Assembly (NCBI GenBank): GCA_965221485.1 | Contig: OZ244893.1 | Coordinates: 1,995,529-2,059,528 of the forward strand | DNA length: 64,000 nucleotides | Direction: 5' to 3' | Source: Alphaproteobacteria bacterium | GTDB taxonomy: Bacteria > Pseudomonadota > Alphaproteobacteria > MPNO01 > UBA830 | In this document: positions 9,253 to 18,904 of the stretch, one piece after another | How the letters are laid out: each line of letters opens with the position of its first letter | Numbering within the stretch: position 1 is the first letter of the stretch | The notes under the pieces: model-generated | What the model was told of the DNA's origin: nothing | Databases searched by the model: none | Seen by the model: the letters and a program-made list of their open reading frames with translations, nothing else | Position numbers and translations under genes: made by a program

Positions 9253-10509
9253 TCACTGGGGCTTGCCCATACGCTCGAGCAACTTGAACCGCCTTACCTC
9301 GATGTCAGCCCGGCCAAGGGCAGGATCGCGCGGCGACAGTTCCAACAAACTTTGCCGCAGTTCGATAGCCTCCGGGGACTCGCCCATGCCGTTCGAAACC
9401 AGGTTCCTGTAATGCACCAGAATCTCTGCGAACTTGTTACCGTTTGGCCGCTCGTCTACCCCCATCACTGTCTCAAGCACATCGCCCGCTTCAGCGCCAT
9501 AGGTGGGTGCGGAGACCGACTCCGGCACGATTCCGTGCTGGTCTCGCCGAAGCCCTACGACATGTTCCGGTTTGACGGTCGTCAATACCGTCGGACTGTT
9601 CGTGGAAACGATAAACTGCGTGTTGGGAAACGTCCTCGCCAGGTCGTCGAGAACCCTCTGCTGCCACAAAGGATGTAAATGGAGTTCGATCTCGTCGATA
9701 AGCACGACCGCTTCTGACTGAAGCGGATCGTCGAGATGCGGATTCCCCTGAGCCATCCGCCGCGCCAGGTCAGCAGATAGGGCAAGCATGATGCTGCAAC
9801 CGCCACCCAACTGCTCGATAGAAAGTTCTTCCGACTGTAGGGTAACCACGAAACGAAGTGGACCGAACGCGATCTTTGGCTCAGATACGTCGGGGAGCAC
9901 GGATTCGATGGCCGCGCGTACAGCTTTCAGCTCCTTGAGTTGATGGCCGAAGTCGCGACGCTCCTTTTGTTCTCGCAGCTCTTCATTCTCTTTGGCGTAA
10001 AACCACTTGAAGAAATCCCGAAAGTCGGTCCGGGCAGACAATGCGCCCTGCAATGCCGCATAGCGCGTAAACTCGACCTTCAGCCCACTGCGGTACCGCG
10101 GCTGATCAAGGACAGCCCGATCTGCATTGTAAAAAGCCAAAATTGGCAGGTCGAGTGGCTGTGTCTTTTCCCGATCCGCATTCACGATGGCGGCCATCGC
10201 CTCCCTCAACTCCCGGTGTGCGGGCGTTCTTAGCGACCTCCCCAAGCGTCGGTCCCACGCGATTCCGTTCACGGCCGTCAGCCCCACCCGTGCCGGCTGT
10301 AGGTCGCGAGCGTCCGACCTGCGAAATCCAATACCTGACACATCGGGCAAAAGCAGGGAAATGCTTCCAAGCCCCGTTGCGATCGCGCTCAGCACACTGG
10401 TCTTTCCATGCGCATTGTTGCCGTGAAGAACCGTCAGATCGGGATTCAGCGTCAGGTCGAGCTTTTCGATCGCGCGATAGTTCTCGATCTCGACACGCGC
10501 CAGTTTCAT
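9253..10509 (-). CDS. AAA15/AAA21 (ABC-type, OLD / PtuA / AriA-like) ATPase without a nuclease domain
   Basis: The ATG at 10509 has a GGTGGAG RBS; the track ORF begins 19 codons earlier. The N-terminus is MKLARVEIENYRAIEKLDLTL with a Walker A LHGNNAHGKTSVLSAI. A long helical insertion follows, then Walker B/D-loop VVLIDEIELHLHPLWQQRVLDDL and STNSPTVL. ~130 aa follow the Walker B, too short for a fused TOPRIM. Confidence 0.75.
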   Translation of the reverse strand: MKLARVEIENYRAIEKLDLTLNPDLTVLHGNNAHGKTSVLSAIATGLGSISLLLPDVSGIGFRRSDARDLQPARVGLTAVNGIAWDRRLGRSLRTPAHRELREAMAAIVNADREKTQPLDLPILAFYNADRAVLDQPRYRSGLKVEFTRYAALQGALSARTDFRDFFKWFYAKENEELREQKERRDFGHQLKELKAVRAAIESVLPDVSEPKIAFGPLRFVVTLQSEELSIEQLGGGCSIMLALSADLARRMAQGNPHLDDPLQSEAVVLIDEIELHLHPLWQQRVLDDLARTFPNTQFIVSTNSPTVLTTVKPEHVVGLRRDQHGIVPESVSAPTYGAEAGDVLETVMGVDERPNGNKFAEILVHYRNLVSNGMGESPEAIELRQSLLELSPRDPALGRADIEVRRFKLLERMGKPQ

Positions 10510-11332
10510 GATCTCCACCCCGTCGTCCCGTATTCCATCAACAGGCATCACAGCGCGGTCGGACACTGTGCGGGTTCCTTCTGCACACCTTCATGCCGAG
10601 CCTGAAGGCTGACCCCTCACAGCCCATCGCCTCTACATCCTCCGCCAAGGCGCGAATGCTATAGCGGCTGCGCATGGGCGCCAGGGTAATAGACGCAACT
10701 CCAGCGTGAGCGTCATGTCTTCAGATCATCCAAAAATGTTCGCTCAAGACTCACCGTTCCCGGAGGATCGGTCGATCCGGTCAACGTCCCACTCAGCCAA
10801 CGCGGGCAAATACTTCTCGATCACGTCGCCAATACGGGCACCATAAACCTCTCGCCTGGTCAACGAGGCAACCAACATCAGTTCGTGCTCGTCTAGAGTG
10901 ATGAAGACTTAGCGCCTCCCGTGGAACCAAATTCTGCAGACTCTGGTTCAACTGGCCGCGCAAAATCCGATTTGCCAGGCGCTCTGTCGATCATAGCACC
11001 TGGGGTGCGCAAAGCATTTCGTTTCTTCCCCGCCGTTCCCTGACCGGGTAACCGGCCTCGCAAACAGCCTCGCCATCATCCATCGGTGGGGATTCACATG
11101 AATCGGATGGATAACAGATAGAAAGGAGGTTTGAACCATTGCAGTTCAAGAAGTCCGTAACAGCAGTGGCCTCCAACCAGCCGATGTCCCTGCCCCGGAA
11201 CCGCTCCGGAGACCTGACCCCTTGGTGTCAACCCCTGACCGGAAAATGACAAGACGAGTCGGCGGGGCTGGATACCAGCGCCCCTGTCACTGTCTTGCAG
11301 CACTTCACCAAAATGAGGTTTATAATGCCCAC

Positions 11333-12421
11333 ATGTATCTTGAGAATTGCTGGTATGTTGCTGCCTACTCCCACGAACTTGGCAAGGGCCAGGCGCTGGG
11401 CCGTACGCTGTTGAACCGGCCCGTGGTCCTGTTTCGCCTGTCTGACGGAACGGCCACAGCACTTGAAGACCGTTGCTGTCACAGGCAACTTCCCCTGTCG
11501 TGCGGCCAGGTAACCGGTGACCGAATACGTTGCGGTTATCACGGACTGGAATTCGACGCATCCGGTGCCTGTGTCGCCATACCCGGCCAGTCCCGAATTC
11601 CGCCCGACGCGTCGGTTCCGTCCTGGCCAGTCGTCGAGCGCCACGGTTTCCTTTGGCTCTGGCCGGGAGAAAAGGCACTTGCCGATACCAGCCTGATACC
11701 CGACTGGTGGTGGAGCAGTCATCCTGACTGGGCATTCAATCCGGGAGCGCTTCTCCACATTGACTGCCACTATCAGCTGATTGTTGACAATCTCCTCGAC
11801 CTTTCGCATCTCGGCTATGTCCATGCCAACAGTCTCGGTAACAGCGCCATTGTCGATTTTCCGGTCCGGACCGAGAAAGACGGCAGCATTGTCCGAATGA
11901 CTCGCTGGATCATGGATCGTCCACCTCCACCCCTTTACAGGAAAATCGGAGATTTTCAGGGCAACGTGGACCGTTGGCAGATCGTGGAAACGATCCCGCC
12001 TGGCCATACGACCATATTCGCCGGCTGCGGCCCCTCCGGGTCCGGAGACTCCCGAAACTGGGAAACATATGGAAACGCATTTCATCTCCGGGTCCTGAAT
12101 GCCCCGACACCGGAAACCGGGACGTCATCCTGGTATTTTTACGGCCATGCCTGGACTCCGGGGAACGGTGACCCCGCCCTCAAACAGCAGATGTATGACG
12201 ACTTTCTTCAGATATTCCATGAGGACGTGGCGATACTTGAAGCGCAACAGCGTTCCATGACGCGTGATCCGGAACGGCCTCTTGTCGATATTTCCGTTGA
12301 TGCGCCCGGACTCGCTGCGCGACGTGCCCTGGCCAAGCACATATCGGCCGAGAACATTCGAAGGTGTCAGGCATCCACAGCCACCGAAACCGATCCGGCG
12401 ATCGCTGTGGCACACCGGTAA
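11333..12421 (+). CDS. Rieske [2Fe-2S] non-heme-iron oxygenase alpha subunit, VanA / phthalate-family (paralog 1)
   Basis: The start was corrected to the ATG at 11333 (MYLENCWYVAAYSHEL); the track ORF has a 37-aa spurious extension. It has the Rieske motif CCHRQLPLSCG...CGYHG and the mononuclear-iron region NLLDLSHLGYVH. At ~362 aa it matches VanA-type single-component oxygenases. Confidence 0.8.
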   Translation: MYLENCWYVAAYSHELGKGQALGRTLLNRPVVLFRLSDGTATALEDRCCHRQLPLSCGQVTGDRIRCGYHGLEFDASGACVAIPGQSRIPPDASVPSWPVVERHGFLWLWPGEKALADTSLIPDWWWSSHPDWAFNPGALLHIDCHYQLIVDNLLDLSHLGYVHANSLGNSAIVDFPVRTEKDGSIVRMTRWIMDRPPPPLYRKIGDFQGNVDRWQIVETIPPGHTTIFAGCGPSGSGDSRNWETYGNAFHLRVLNAPTPETGTSSWYFYGHAWTPGNGDPALKQQMYDDFLQIFHEDVAILEAQQRSMTRDPERPLVDISVDAPGLAARRALAKHISAENIRRCQASTATETDPAIAVAHR

Positions 12422-12651
12422 CGATGCCGGGATCACGTTACTGGAAGGTACGGTTGCTCGACATCGGCGAACTGCTGACGATTTGCGGTATCACGAATTC
12501 CCTGGTTACCTGTGGGCCTCGAACCGGCCACCGGAACGGCGGACGCCATCGAAAACAGCTCTGCAACAGGCAAGCCGGAACATTGCAGCAGTGTGACAGC
12601 GCCACGCATAGCACCCACCGGAACCGGCAAAACAGCCGCGGCAAGAGACAG

Positions 12652-13461
12652 GTGAGGACTTGCCCCATCCGGATCACCGGATGCTGGGCGATTGTGTCCG
12701 TTCTCCTGGTCTTAAATCCCGCGTTCGCAGAAAACACCCGTTCACTGGATCCCGGGTCCGGTCTGCGGAAGAGCTGCGCCGGCATGGGGGGAGACTGCCG
12801 GAACGTGGCCATCCCGGACCATGTCAAAACCTATTTTACTTTGGGTGTCATGCACAGCCAGGGCCTTGGCGCAGACAGGGACCCCGCACGCGCCGCGGAA
12901 TGGTTTGGACGTGCGGCGGAACTTGGCCATCCGGAAGCGCAGTATCTGCTTGGTGCCATGTATGAAGAAGGTCGGGGTGTTCCCCTTGATGACAGCGCGG
13001 CAGCTTCCTGGTACCGGAAAGCTGCAGCCCAGGGCCACATCGTGGCCCAGTACAACCTGGGTGTCATGCTTGTCGAGGGCCGTGGCGTCAAAACCAATGA
13101 CACGGACGCTGTCAGCTGGCTGCAGCGGGCCGCGGAACAGGGGTCACCCGACGCACAGAACGTTTTGGGAATCCTCTATTCCCGGGGGCAGGGTGTCGAA
13201 GCCAATGATGAGCAGGCTGCCCACTTGTTCAGACTGGCTGCCGAACAGGGAAACCCGGACGCCCAGAACAATCTGGGTCTCCTCTATCGGAACGGACGCG
13301 GAGTTGAAATCAGTCCCGTCCGTGCCAAGGCATGGCTGAAACTTGCCGCAAGCAACGGCCACCAGGGGGCCACAAGACCACTTGAAGAAATAGAGAAGCA
13401 GATGTCAGCCACCGAGAATGCCGAAGCGGAGCAACTGTTTGAAGCCTTGCAGGCCAGATGA
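12652..13461 (+). CDS. Sel1-repeat (SLR/TPR-like) secreted protein
   Basis: At least 6 Sel1 repeats are present (AQYLLGAMYEEGRGVPLDDSAAASWYRKAAAQG, etc.). The signal peptide MRTCPIRITGCWAIVSVLLVLNPAFA comes from a GTG start at 12652. The track's 365-aa ORF carries a spurious N-terminal extension overlapping the upstream gene. Confidence 0.7.
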   Translation: MRTCPIRITGCWAIVSVLLVLNPAFAENTRSLDPGSGLRKSCAGMGGDCRNVAIPDHVKTYFTLGVMHSQGLGADRDPARAAEWFGRAAELGHPEAQYLLGAMYEEGRGVPLDDSAAASWYRKAAAQGHIVAQYNLGVMLVEGRGVKTNDTDAVSWLQRAAEQGSPDAQNVLGILYSRGQGVEANDEQAAHLFRLAAEQGNPDAQNNLGLLYRNGRGVEISPVRAKAWLKLAASNGHQGATRPLEEIEKQMSATENAEAEQLFEALQAR

Positions 13462-13663
13462 CCCCGCCAGTCGTAGTCATACTGTTCCATAAAACATCTC
13501 TGCCGGTTGTGGGGCCAGTTGCCTTCCGGCCCTCCTCTGATCCGAAGGCGATGAGGCGCGGTCAATCGCCAGCGCTTCTCCACATGCCGGCAACAGGACC
13601 GATGACAGGCGGGACACCCGCTTCCGGATTTCGTATTCTGAAACCGTCTGACTGCTGGGAGGA

Positions 13664-14719
13664 ATGACTATGTTCTTGCAGAACGCTTGGTATGTCGGCG
13701 CCTGGGGCACTGAGGTCGGCCGCCAGACTCTCCTGCGCCGTGTTCTTCTTGATGAGCCTGTCGTCTTCTACCGTCGCGAAGATGGCTCGCCGGTCGCACT
13801 TGCCGACAAGTGCGCCCATCGACATGCACCGCTGTCGCAAGGCCGTCTCGTAGGCAACGATATTGAATGCCCCTATCACGGCCTGACCTATGACGGCGCG
13901 GGCAACTGCGTCCGTGTCCCGGGCCAGTCAACAATCCCTCCGGGATGCCGGATTCGTTCCTACCCCGTTGTCGAACGCTATCAGTGGATCTGGATCTGGA
14001 TGGGGGATCCGGCCCTGGCCGACCCAGATGACATCGAGGACTTTCACTGGATGGACAGTCCCGGCTGGCGTGCCAAGGGCGAGCTGATGCATCTCGAAGC
14101 CAACTACAAGCTGCTCGTCGAGAATCTTCTCGATCTCTCGCACCTGACCTTCATTCACAAGACGACGCTCGGGACTGACGCCATTGCGGAGACACCGATG
14201 AAATTCGAGCGCGGGGATCGACATGTCACCGTGACCCGCTGGATCATGAATTCAACGGCTCCGGTGTTTTTCCAGAAGGCCGGCGGATTCACACCCGATG
14301 AGGCCGTCGATCGCTGGCAGCATATCACCTGGACTCCTCCTGCTTTCGTACGCCTCGATATTGGTGCGGCACGCGCCGGCACAGGTGCCATCAATGGCGA
14401 CCGGTCCCAGGGTTTCACCATGCGAAATCTAAATGCCATCACCCCGGAAACTGACAAGACCACCCATTATTTCTGGGCCCAGGCCCATGATTTCCGCGTC
14501 GACGAACCATGGATCACGGACCTTCTGGTCCAGAACATTCATGAGGCGTTTCTCGAGGATCTTGCGATCATCGGGTTGCAGCAGCGCAACCTGGATACCG
14601 GAACCACCTTGCCGCGAGTTGATATCAATCATGATGGCGGCGGGCTTCAGGCCATTCGGATGCTTGACGACTTCATAGAGGCCGATCAACGCGTTGCCAC
14701 AGCCCAGGCTGCGGAATAG
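13664..14719 (+). CDS. Rieske [2Fe-2S] non-heme-iron oxygenase alpha subunit, VanA-family (paralog 2)
   Basis: 351 aa with the N-terminus MFLQNAWYVGAW and the Rieske motif CAHRHAPLSQG...CPYHG, plus NLLDLSHLTFIH. A GGGAGG RBS precedes the ATG. It is clearly paralogous to 11333..12421. Confidence 0.85.
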   Translation: MTMFLQNAWYVGAWGTEVGRQTLLRRVLLDEPVVFYRREDGSPVALADKCAHRHAPLSQGRLVGNDIECPYHGLTYDGAGNCVRVPGQSTIPPGCRIRSYPVVERYQWIWIWMGDPALADPDDIEDFHWMDSPGWRAKGELMHLEANYKLLVENLLDLSHLTFIHKTTLGTDAIAETPMKFERGDRHVTVTRWIMNSTAPVFFQKAGGFTPDEAVDRWQHITWTPPAFVRLDIGAARAGTGAINGDRSQGFTMRNLNAITPETDKTTHYFWAQAHDFRVDEPWITDLLVQNIHEAFLEDLAIIGLQQRNLDTGTTLPRVDINHDGGGLQAIRMLDDFIEADQRVATAQAAE

Positions 14720-14746
14720 CCGACGGGCCGCACCCTCAACAAAAAA

Positions 14747-14774
14747 CCGGGCGCCTGACAGCGCCCGGTTGTGC
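14747..14774. terminator. Rho-independent terminator hairpin shared by convergent genes
   Basis: CCGGGCGC-ctgaca-GCGCCCGG is a perfect 8-bp stem. A6 precedes it on the + strand, giving a U-tract for the minus-strand BI-1 transcript. TTGTGC follows it on the + strand. It lies between the Rieske paralog 2 (ends 14719) and the BI-1 gene (ends 14798). Confidence 0.7.
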
Positions 14775-14797
14775 AGAAGCCAATTGGGCTGTTGCAA

Positions 14798-15556
14798 TCA
14801 GCGGCGCTCACCGAACAGGTGCAGCAGCATGATGAACAGGTTGATAAAGTCGAGATAAAGTCTCAGAGCACCGGAGATCGCCAGCTTCGCCTGGGTCTCC
14901 TCATTATAGTGTTCCGCGTACTCATTCTTGATGTTCTGGGTGTCATAAGCCGTCAGGCCGACAAAGACGAGAACACCGATGACGGAAATCGCGAACTGAA
15001 GCGCTGAACTCTGCAAAAACAGGTTCACGATCACAGCAATGATGACGCCGATCAGCCCCATCATCAGAAACCCGCCAAATCTCGAAAGATCCCGCTTGGT
15101 GGTATAGCCCCACAGGCTCATCGCCGCAAAGGTTCCAGCCGTTATGAAGAATACGCGCGCGACACTCTCTCCGGTGAACACAATCAGGACCGTCGCCAGG
15201 GATGCTCCCATCAGCGCGGCGTAGATCCAGAATACCGTCTGCGCCGTGGATGACCGGAGCGCATGCAGTCTCGCACTGAGAAAGAAGACAAGCCCAAGCG
15301 GCAGCAGCATGACCACCCATTTGAGGCCGGTCGCAAACAGTGTGTTTCCGAACGATGTGAGCGCCACGATCTGACCGGCGTCATTCATCTGCACCGACAT
15401 CTGGAACACCAGCACAGCAACAATTCCGGTCAGGGCCAGCCCGGACCCCATGTAATTGTAGACGCGGAGCATATGAGCCCGCAGCCCGGCATCGAACTCG
15501 TCCCGATCGAGGGCCCGCGCCGATTCGTAAGCCTGATTACCCCTTGTCAAAGCCAT
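14798..15556 (-). CDS. Bax-inhibitor-1 / YccA (TMBIM) family membrane protein
   Basis: 252 aa with seven hydrophobic segments. It has the characteristic BI-1 C-terminal half and the N-terminal LRAHMLRVYNYM. Confidence 0.8.
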   Translation of the reverse strand: MALTRGNQAYESARALDRDEFDAGLRAHMLRVYNYMGSGLALTGIVAVLVFQMSVQMNDAGQIVALTSFGNTLFATGLKWVVMLLPLGLVFFLSARLHALRSSTAQTVFWIYAALMGASLATVLIVFTGESVARVFFITAGTFAAMSLWGYTTKRDLSRFGGFLMMGLIGVIIAVIVNLFLQSSALQFAISVIGVLVFVGLTAYDTQNIKNEYAEHYNEETQAKLAISGALRLYLDFINLFIMLLHLFGERR

Positions 15557-15643
15557 CGAAAGACCCCTTGAAGTCTATTGAACAATGTGACCCGAATATG
15601 GGGAGTGCCGACCAGAAAATCAACCGTCATCACCGGACATCAA

Positions 15644-18205
15644 CTACTCGTTCCGAAGCAGCGGTGCAGCACGGTTCCCCAAGGCAAGCCAGGTTCCGTA
15701 AAATCCGAGACCCAGCGTAATCGAAACCGCGATTATCGTCGTGAGCAGGACAGCCCATGGATCAAACGTGAATGAAAAACGCATGACGTGGGTGACGACA
15801 CTCCAGGCCGCCACCGAACCCGCAAGTCCCGCAACAGCGGCTGTCACAACTCCGAGCAGGCCATACTCGAGAAGAAGTGCTTTCAAGACCCGCCATCTTG
15901 TCGCTCCCAGCACCTTGAGCACGACCGCATCATAAACCCGGCGCCGGTGACCGCTGGCGATTGCGCCGGCCAGAACCAGACCACCCGCCACGATGGCCAC
16001 AACAGCCGTCATGCGAAGGGCAAACCCCAACCGCCCGAGAAATGCGTTGACGGTATCAAGAACATCCCGCACGCGAACTGTTGTTACGGCGGGAAATGCG
16101 GCTGCAACAGCGCGCTCGATCTGTTCTTCCCGCTGTGGTTGCGTATGCACGGTAGCAAGAAGCGTCTGGGGCGCCGATCTCAGGGGGTTCGGCGAAAAGA
16201 TAAAGACAAAATTCATGCCCAGAGAGCCCCATTGAACATTCCGCAAATTGGTAATCTGCCCTGTGATATTCCGACCGAGAATGTTGATGGTCAGGCTGTC
16301 GCCAATGCCGAGGCCGAGTTCATTCGCTGTGCGAGCTGCCATCGATATCAGTGGCGGACCTTCATAGTCCGACGACCACCATTCGCCAGCAACCACCGTT
16401 TCCCCTTCGGGTCGTTCTGCCGCCCATGTAACGCCGCGATCGCCTCGTAAAACCCAGCGCCCGTCTGGTGGAACAGCTTCAGCACGCGCGGGCTTTCCGT
16501 TGAGGCGCACCACCCGGCCGCGCAGCATCGGCGTGTGGCGAAGTTCCGCCGCAGAATCCGCGGACTGCACCACTTCAGAAAAGTCACGCACCTGATCAGG
16601 TTGAACGTCGATAAAGAAGTATCCGGGGGCACGCTCGGGCAAGCTTCTCGTTATCTGCTTTTCGAGATTCACCTCGACGAGGGCTACGGTTACGAGAACT
16701 GTCAGGCCGAGGCCAAGCGAAAGCACGACGCTTGTCGTCGGCGCACCGGGCCGGTGAAGGTTGGCCAGCGCCAGCCGCCAGCCCATACGTGACACCCGTC
16801 CCGAAAGAAAAGCGGCGCAGCCTCGCACCACAAAGCCCGCCGCAACAAACAGGACGATTGCGGCCAGGGCACCGGCCACGAACCAGACCGCGATCATTTT
16901 CACCACAGCAGTCGCAATCGCCAGTCCTGCCAGCGCGATCAGCAGCACAATGCTCGCAACCATGAAAGGCCAGCGAGGCAGGCTGCGATCGGGCGATACG
17001 GTGTTGCGGAACAGGGCGGCTGCCGGAAGATCGCATGCCCGCGCGATCGGCCATATGGAAAATGCCAGTGCCGTCAGAAGTCCGAAGGCGGCAGCCAGGA
17101 ACAGGGGTTCGGCATAGAGATCCACACGCGTCGCCAAAGGCAAGGTCTCACGCAAGACATCGGCAAGCGCAATCGGCGCCAAACCTCCGATCACGAGTCC
17201 GATCGCAATGCCGACAAGGGCCATGACGGTCACCTGTATCAGGTAGAGCGAAAAGACCAGCCGGGCCGAAGCCCCCAGGCATTTGAGGGTCGCGATAGTG
17301 GCCATTTTTCCGGAAAGGAAACTGCGCACTGCATTTCCGACACCAACCCCGCCCACAAGCAACGCGGTCAAACCAACCAGTGTCATGAACAATGTGGTGC
17401 GCCCCACGAACCGTTCGATGGTCGGAGAGACATTGCGGCGATCACGAACGTTCCACTGGGCATCCGGGAACGCCCGCTCTAGATCCTGCTTCCAGATATC
17501 CAGTTCACCGGGATTGTTCAGACGAACCCGATAAAAGAACCAGACCTGGCTCCCTGGCCGAATCAATCCGCTTTCGGCAAGCGAATCAGATGAAGCGATC
17601 AGCCTCGGCCCCAGCTGAATCGCACGGGCACCGGAGACACGATCAGGTTCCCGTTCAATGATGCCCCGGATCTCGAATTTTGTTTCACCGATCTGAAGCG
17701 TGTCGCCCGGCTCGACCCCCAGTCGCCTCAGAAGAGAGGAGTCGACCGCCGCTCCCCACAAACCCTTTCGCTTTTCAAACAGCGCCCCGGGAAGCATATG
17801 AGGTTGCGTTTCCAGTGATCCATAAAGGGGATAGGCTCCGTCCACCATCTTCATTTCGACAAGAGACCGTTTTTCACCGGCCTCGGTCCGCGCCATGGAT
17901 CGGAGATATACCACTCGGCCAACGTCGCCTGCGCGCTCCAGCCACAACCGCTGTTCCGGGGAAATATCCCGATGGGTCATCCGCAGCGAAGCGTCGCCCC
18001 CCAGCATTATGGCGCCGTCCCTTTCCAGTCCGGCGATCACCGAGGCGGCAATGGAACCCACGCCGGCAATGGCGGCAACGCCGATGGCAAGACAGGACAG
18101 AAATACGCCAAATCCGCGCGATCCGTTCCGCAGCTCACGGCGGGCAAGAACGAGGGCGTTGATCAGGCCGTTCGCCCGGGAACTCCGCACTGCCGTTCCG
18201 TTCAC
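15644..18205 (-). CDS. ybbP: FtsX-like ABC transporter permease with duplicated FtsX domains (YbbP-type)
   Basis: 853 aa with two FtsX-type 4-TM modules separated by large periplasmic domains. It overlaps the start of the upstream ATPase gene by 4 nt. Confidence 0.8.
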   Translation of the reverse strand: MNGTAVRSSRANGLINALVLARRELRNGSRGFGVFLSCLAIGVAAIAGVGSIAASVIAGLERDGAIMLGGDASLRMTHRDISPEQRLWLERAGDVGRVVYLRSMARTEAGEKRSLVEMKMVDGAYPLYGSLETQPHMLPGALFEKRKGLWGAAVDSSLLRRLGVEPGDTLQIGETKFEIRGIIEREPDRVSGARAIQLGPRLIASSDSLAESGLIRPGSQVWFFYRVRLNNPGELDIWKQDLERAFPDAQWNVRDRRNVSPTIERFVGRTTLFMTLVGLTALLVGGVGVGNAVRSFLSGKMATIATLKCLGASARLVFSLYLIQVTVMALVGIAIGLVIGGLAPIALADVLRETLPLATRVDLYAEPLFLAAAFGLLTALAFSIWPIARACDLPAAALFRNTVSPDRSLPRWPFMVASIVLLIALAGLAIATAVVKMIAVWFVAGALAAIVLFVAAGFVVRGCAAFLSGRVSRMGWRLALANLHRPGAPTTSVVLSLGLGLTVLVTVALVEVNLEKQITRSLPERAPGYFFIDVQPDQVRDFSEVVQSADSAAELRHTPMLRGRVVRLNGKPARAEAVPPDGRWVLRGDRGVTWAAERPEGETVVAGEWWSSDYEGPPLISMAARTANELGLGIGDSLTINILGRNITGQITNLRNVQWGSLGMNFVFIFSPNPLRSAPQTLLATVHTQPQREEQIERAVAAAFPAVTTVRVRDVLDTVNAFLGRLGFALRMTAVVAIVAGGLVLAGAIASGHRRRVYDAVVLKVLGATRWRVLKALLLEYGLLGVVTAAVAGLAGSVAAWSVVTHVMRFSFTFDPWAVLLTTIIAVSITLGLGFYGTWLALGNRAAPLLRNE

Positions 18206-18903
18206 GAATTTCGCCGGTCGTCGCGAATACGGCCGTCCTCAAGTTCCACGACCCGGCCGCATCGGTCGGCGAGCGATGTGTTGTGGGTAATCAGCATGAG
18301 CGTAGCATCCTGCTCCGAGCGCAGCATGAACAGAAGATCGATAACCTCACCGCCCGTTCGCCCGTCAAGATTCCCCGTCGGCTCATCAGCAAGAATCAGG
18401 CGGGGCTTCGTCACGATGGCGCGAGCGAGTGCCACCCGCTGCTGTTCCCCTCCGGAAAGCTGGCCCGGATAATGGGTCAACCGGTGATCGAGGCCCACCG
18501 AACCCAGCGCCTGCCGGGCCCGGTCAAAGGGACTGTCCATGCCAGCCAGTTCGACGGGTACGGCCACATTCTCCAAGGCGTTCATGGTGGGAACAAGGTG
18601 GAAATTCTGGAATACAATACCGATATGATCTCCCCGAAACCGTGCGAGATCGTCTTCGTCCAGAACGGCCAGATCCTGTTGAGCAACAGAGATTCGACCC
18701 GCCGTCTGGCGTTCAAGCCCCCCGATCAGAAGCATCATGGATGTCTTTCCGGAGCCCGAGGGTCCTACAATACCAACGGTTTCTCCGACACTGATATCGA
18801 GTGAAATACCATTGAGGATATTGACGAGACCCGCTGCACTCTTCAGCTTTAGCTCTACGTTTTCGAGGATAACCATGACTTCTTTAACTGTCTGCCCAGA
18901 CAA
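18202..18903 (-). CDS. ybbA: ABC transporter ATP-binding protein (YbbA-type)
   Basis: Walker [10 protein letters not shown], signature [14 protein letters not shown], Walker [13 protein letters not shown] and the H-loop. Confidence 0.9.
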   Translation of the reverse strand: MSGQTVKEVMVILENVELKLKSAAGLVNILNGISLDISVGETVGIVGPSGSGKTSMMLLIGGLERQTAGRISVAQQDLAVLDEDDLARFRGDHIGIVFQNFHLVPTMNALENVAVPVELAGMDSPFDRARQALGSVGLDHRLTHYPGQLSGGEQQRVALARAIVTKPRLILADEPTGNLDGRTGGEVIDLLFMLRSEQDATLMLITHNTSLADRCGRVVELEDGRIRDDRRNS

Positions 18904-18904
18904 G

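Noticed and set aside
11228-12085. 285-aa minus-strand ORF
   Set aside because: It is antisense to Rieske oxygenase paralog 1, which has intact Rieske and iron motifs.
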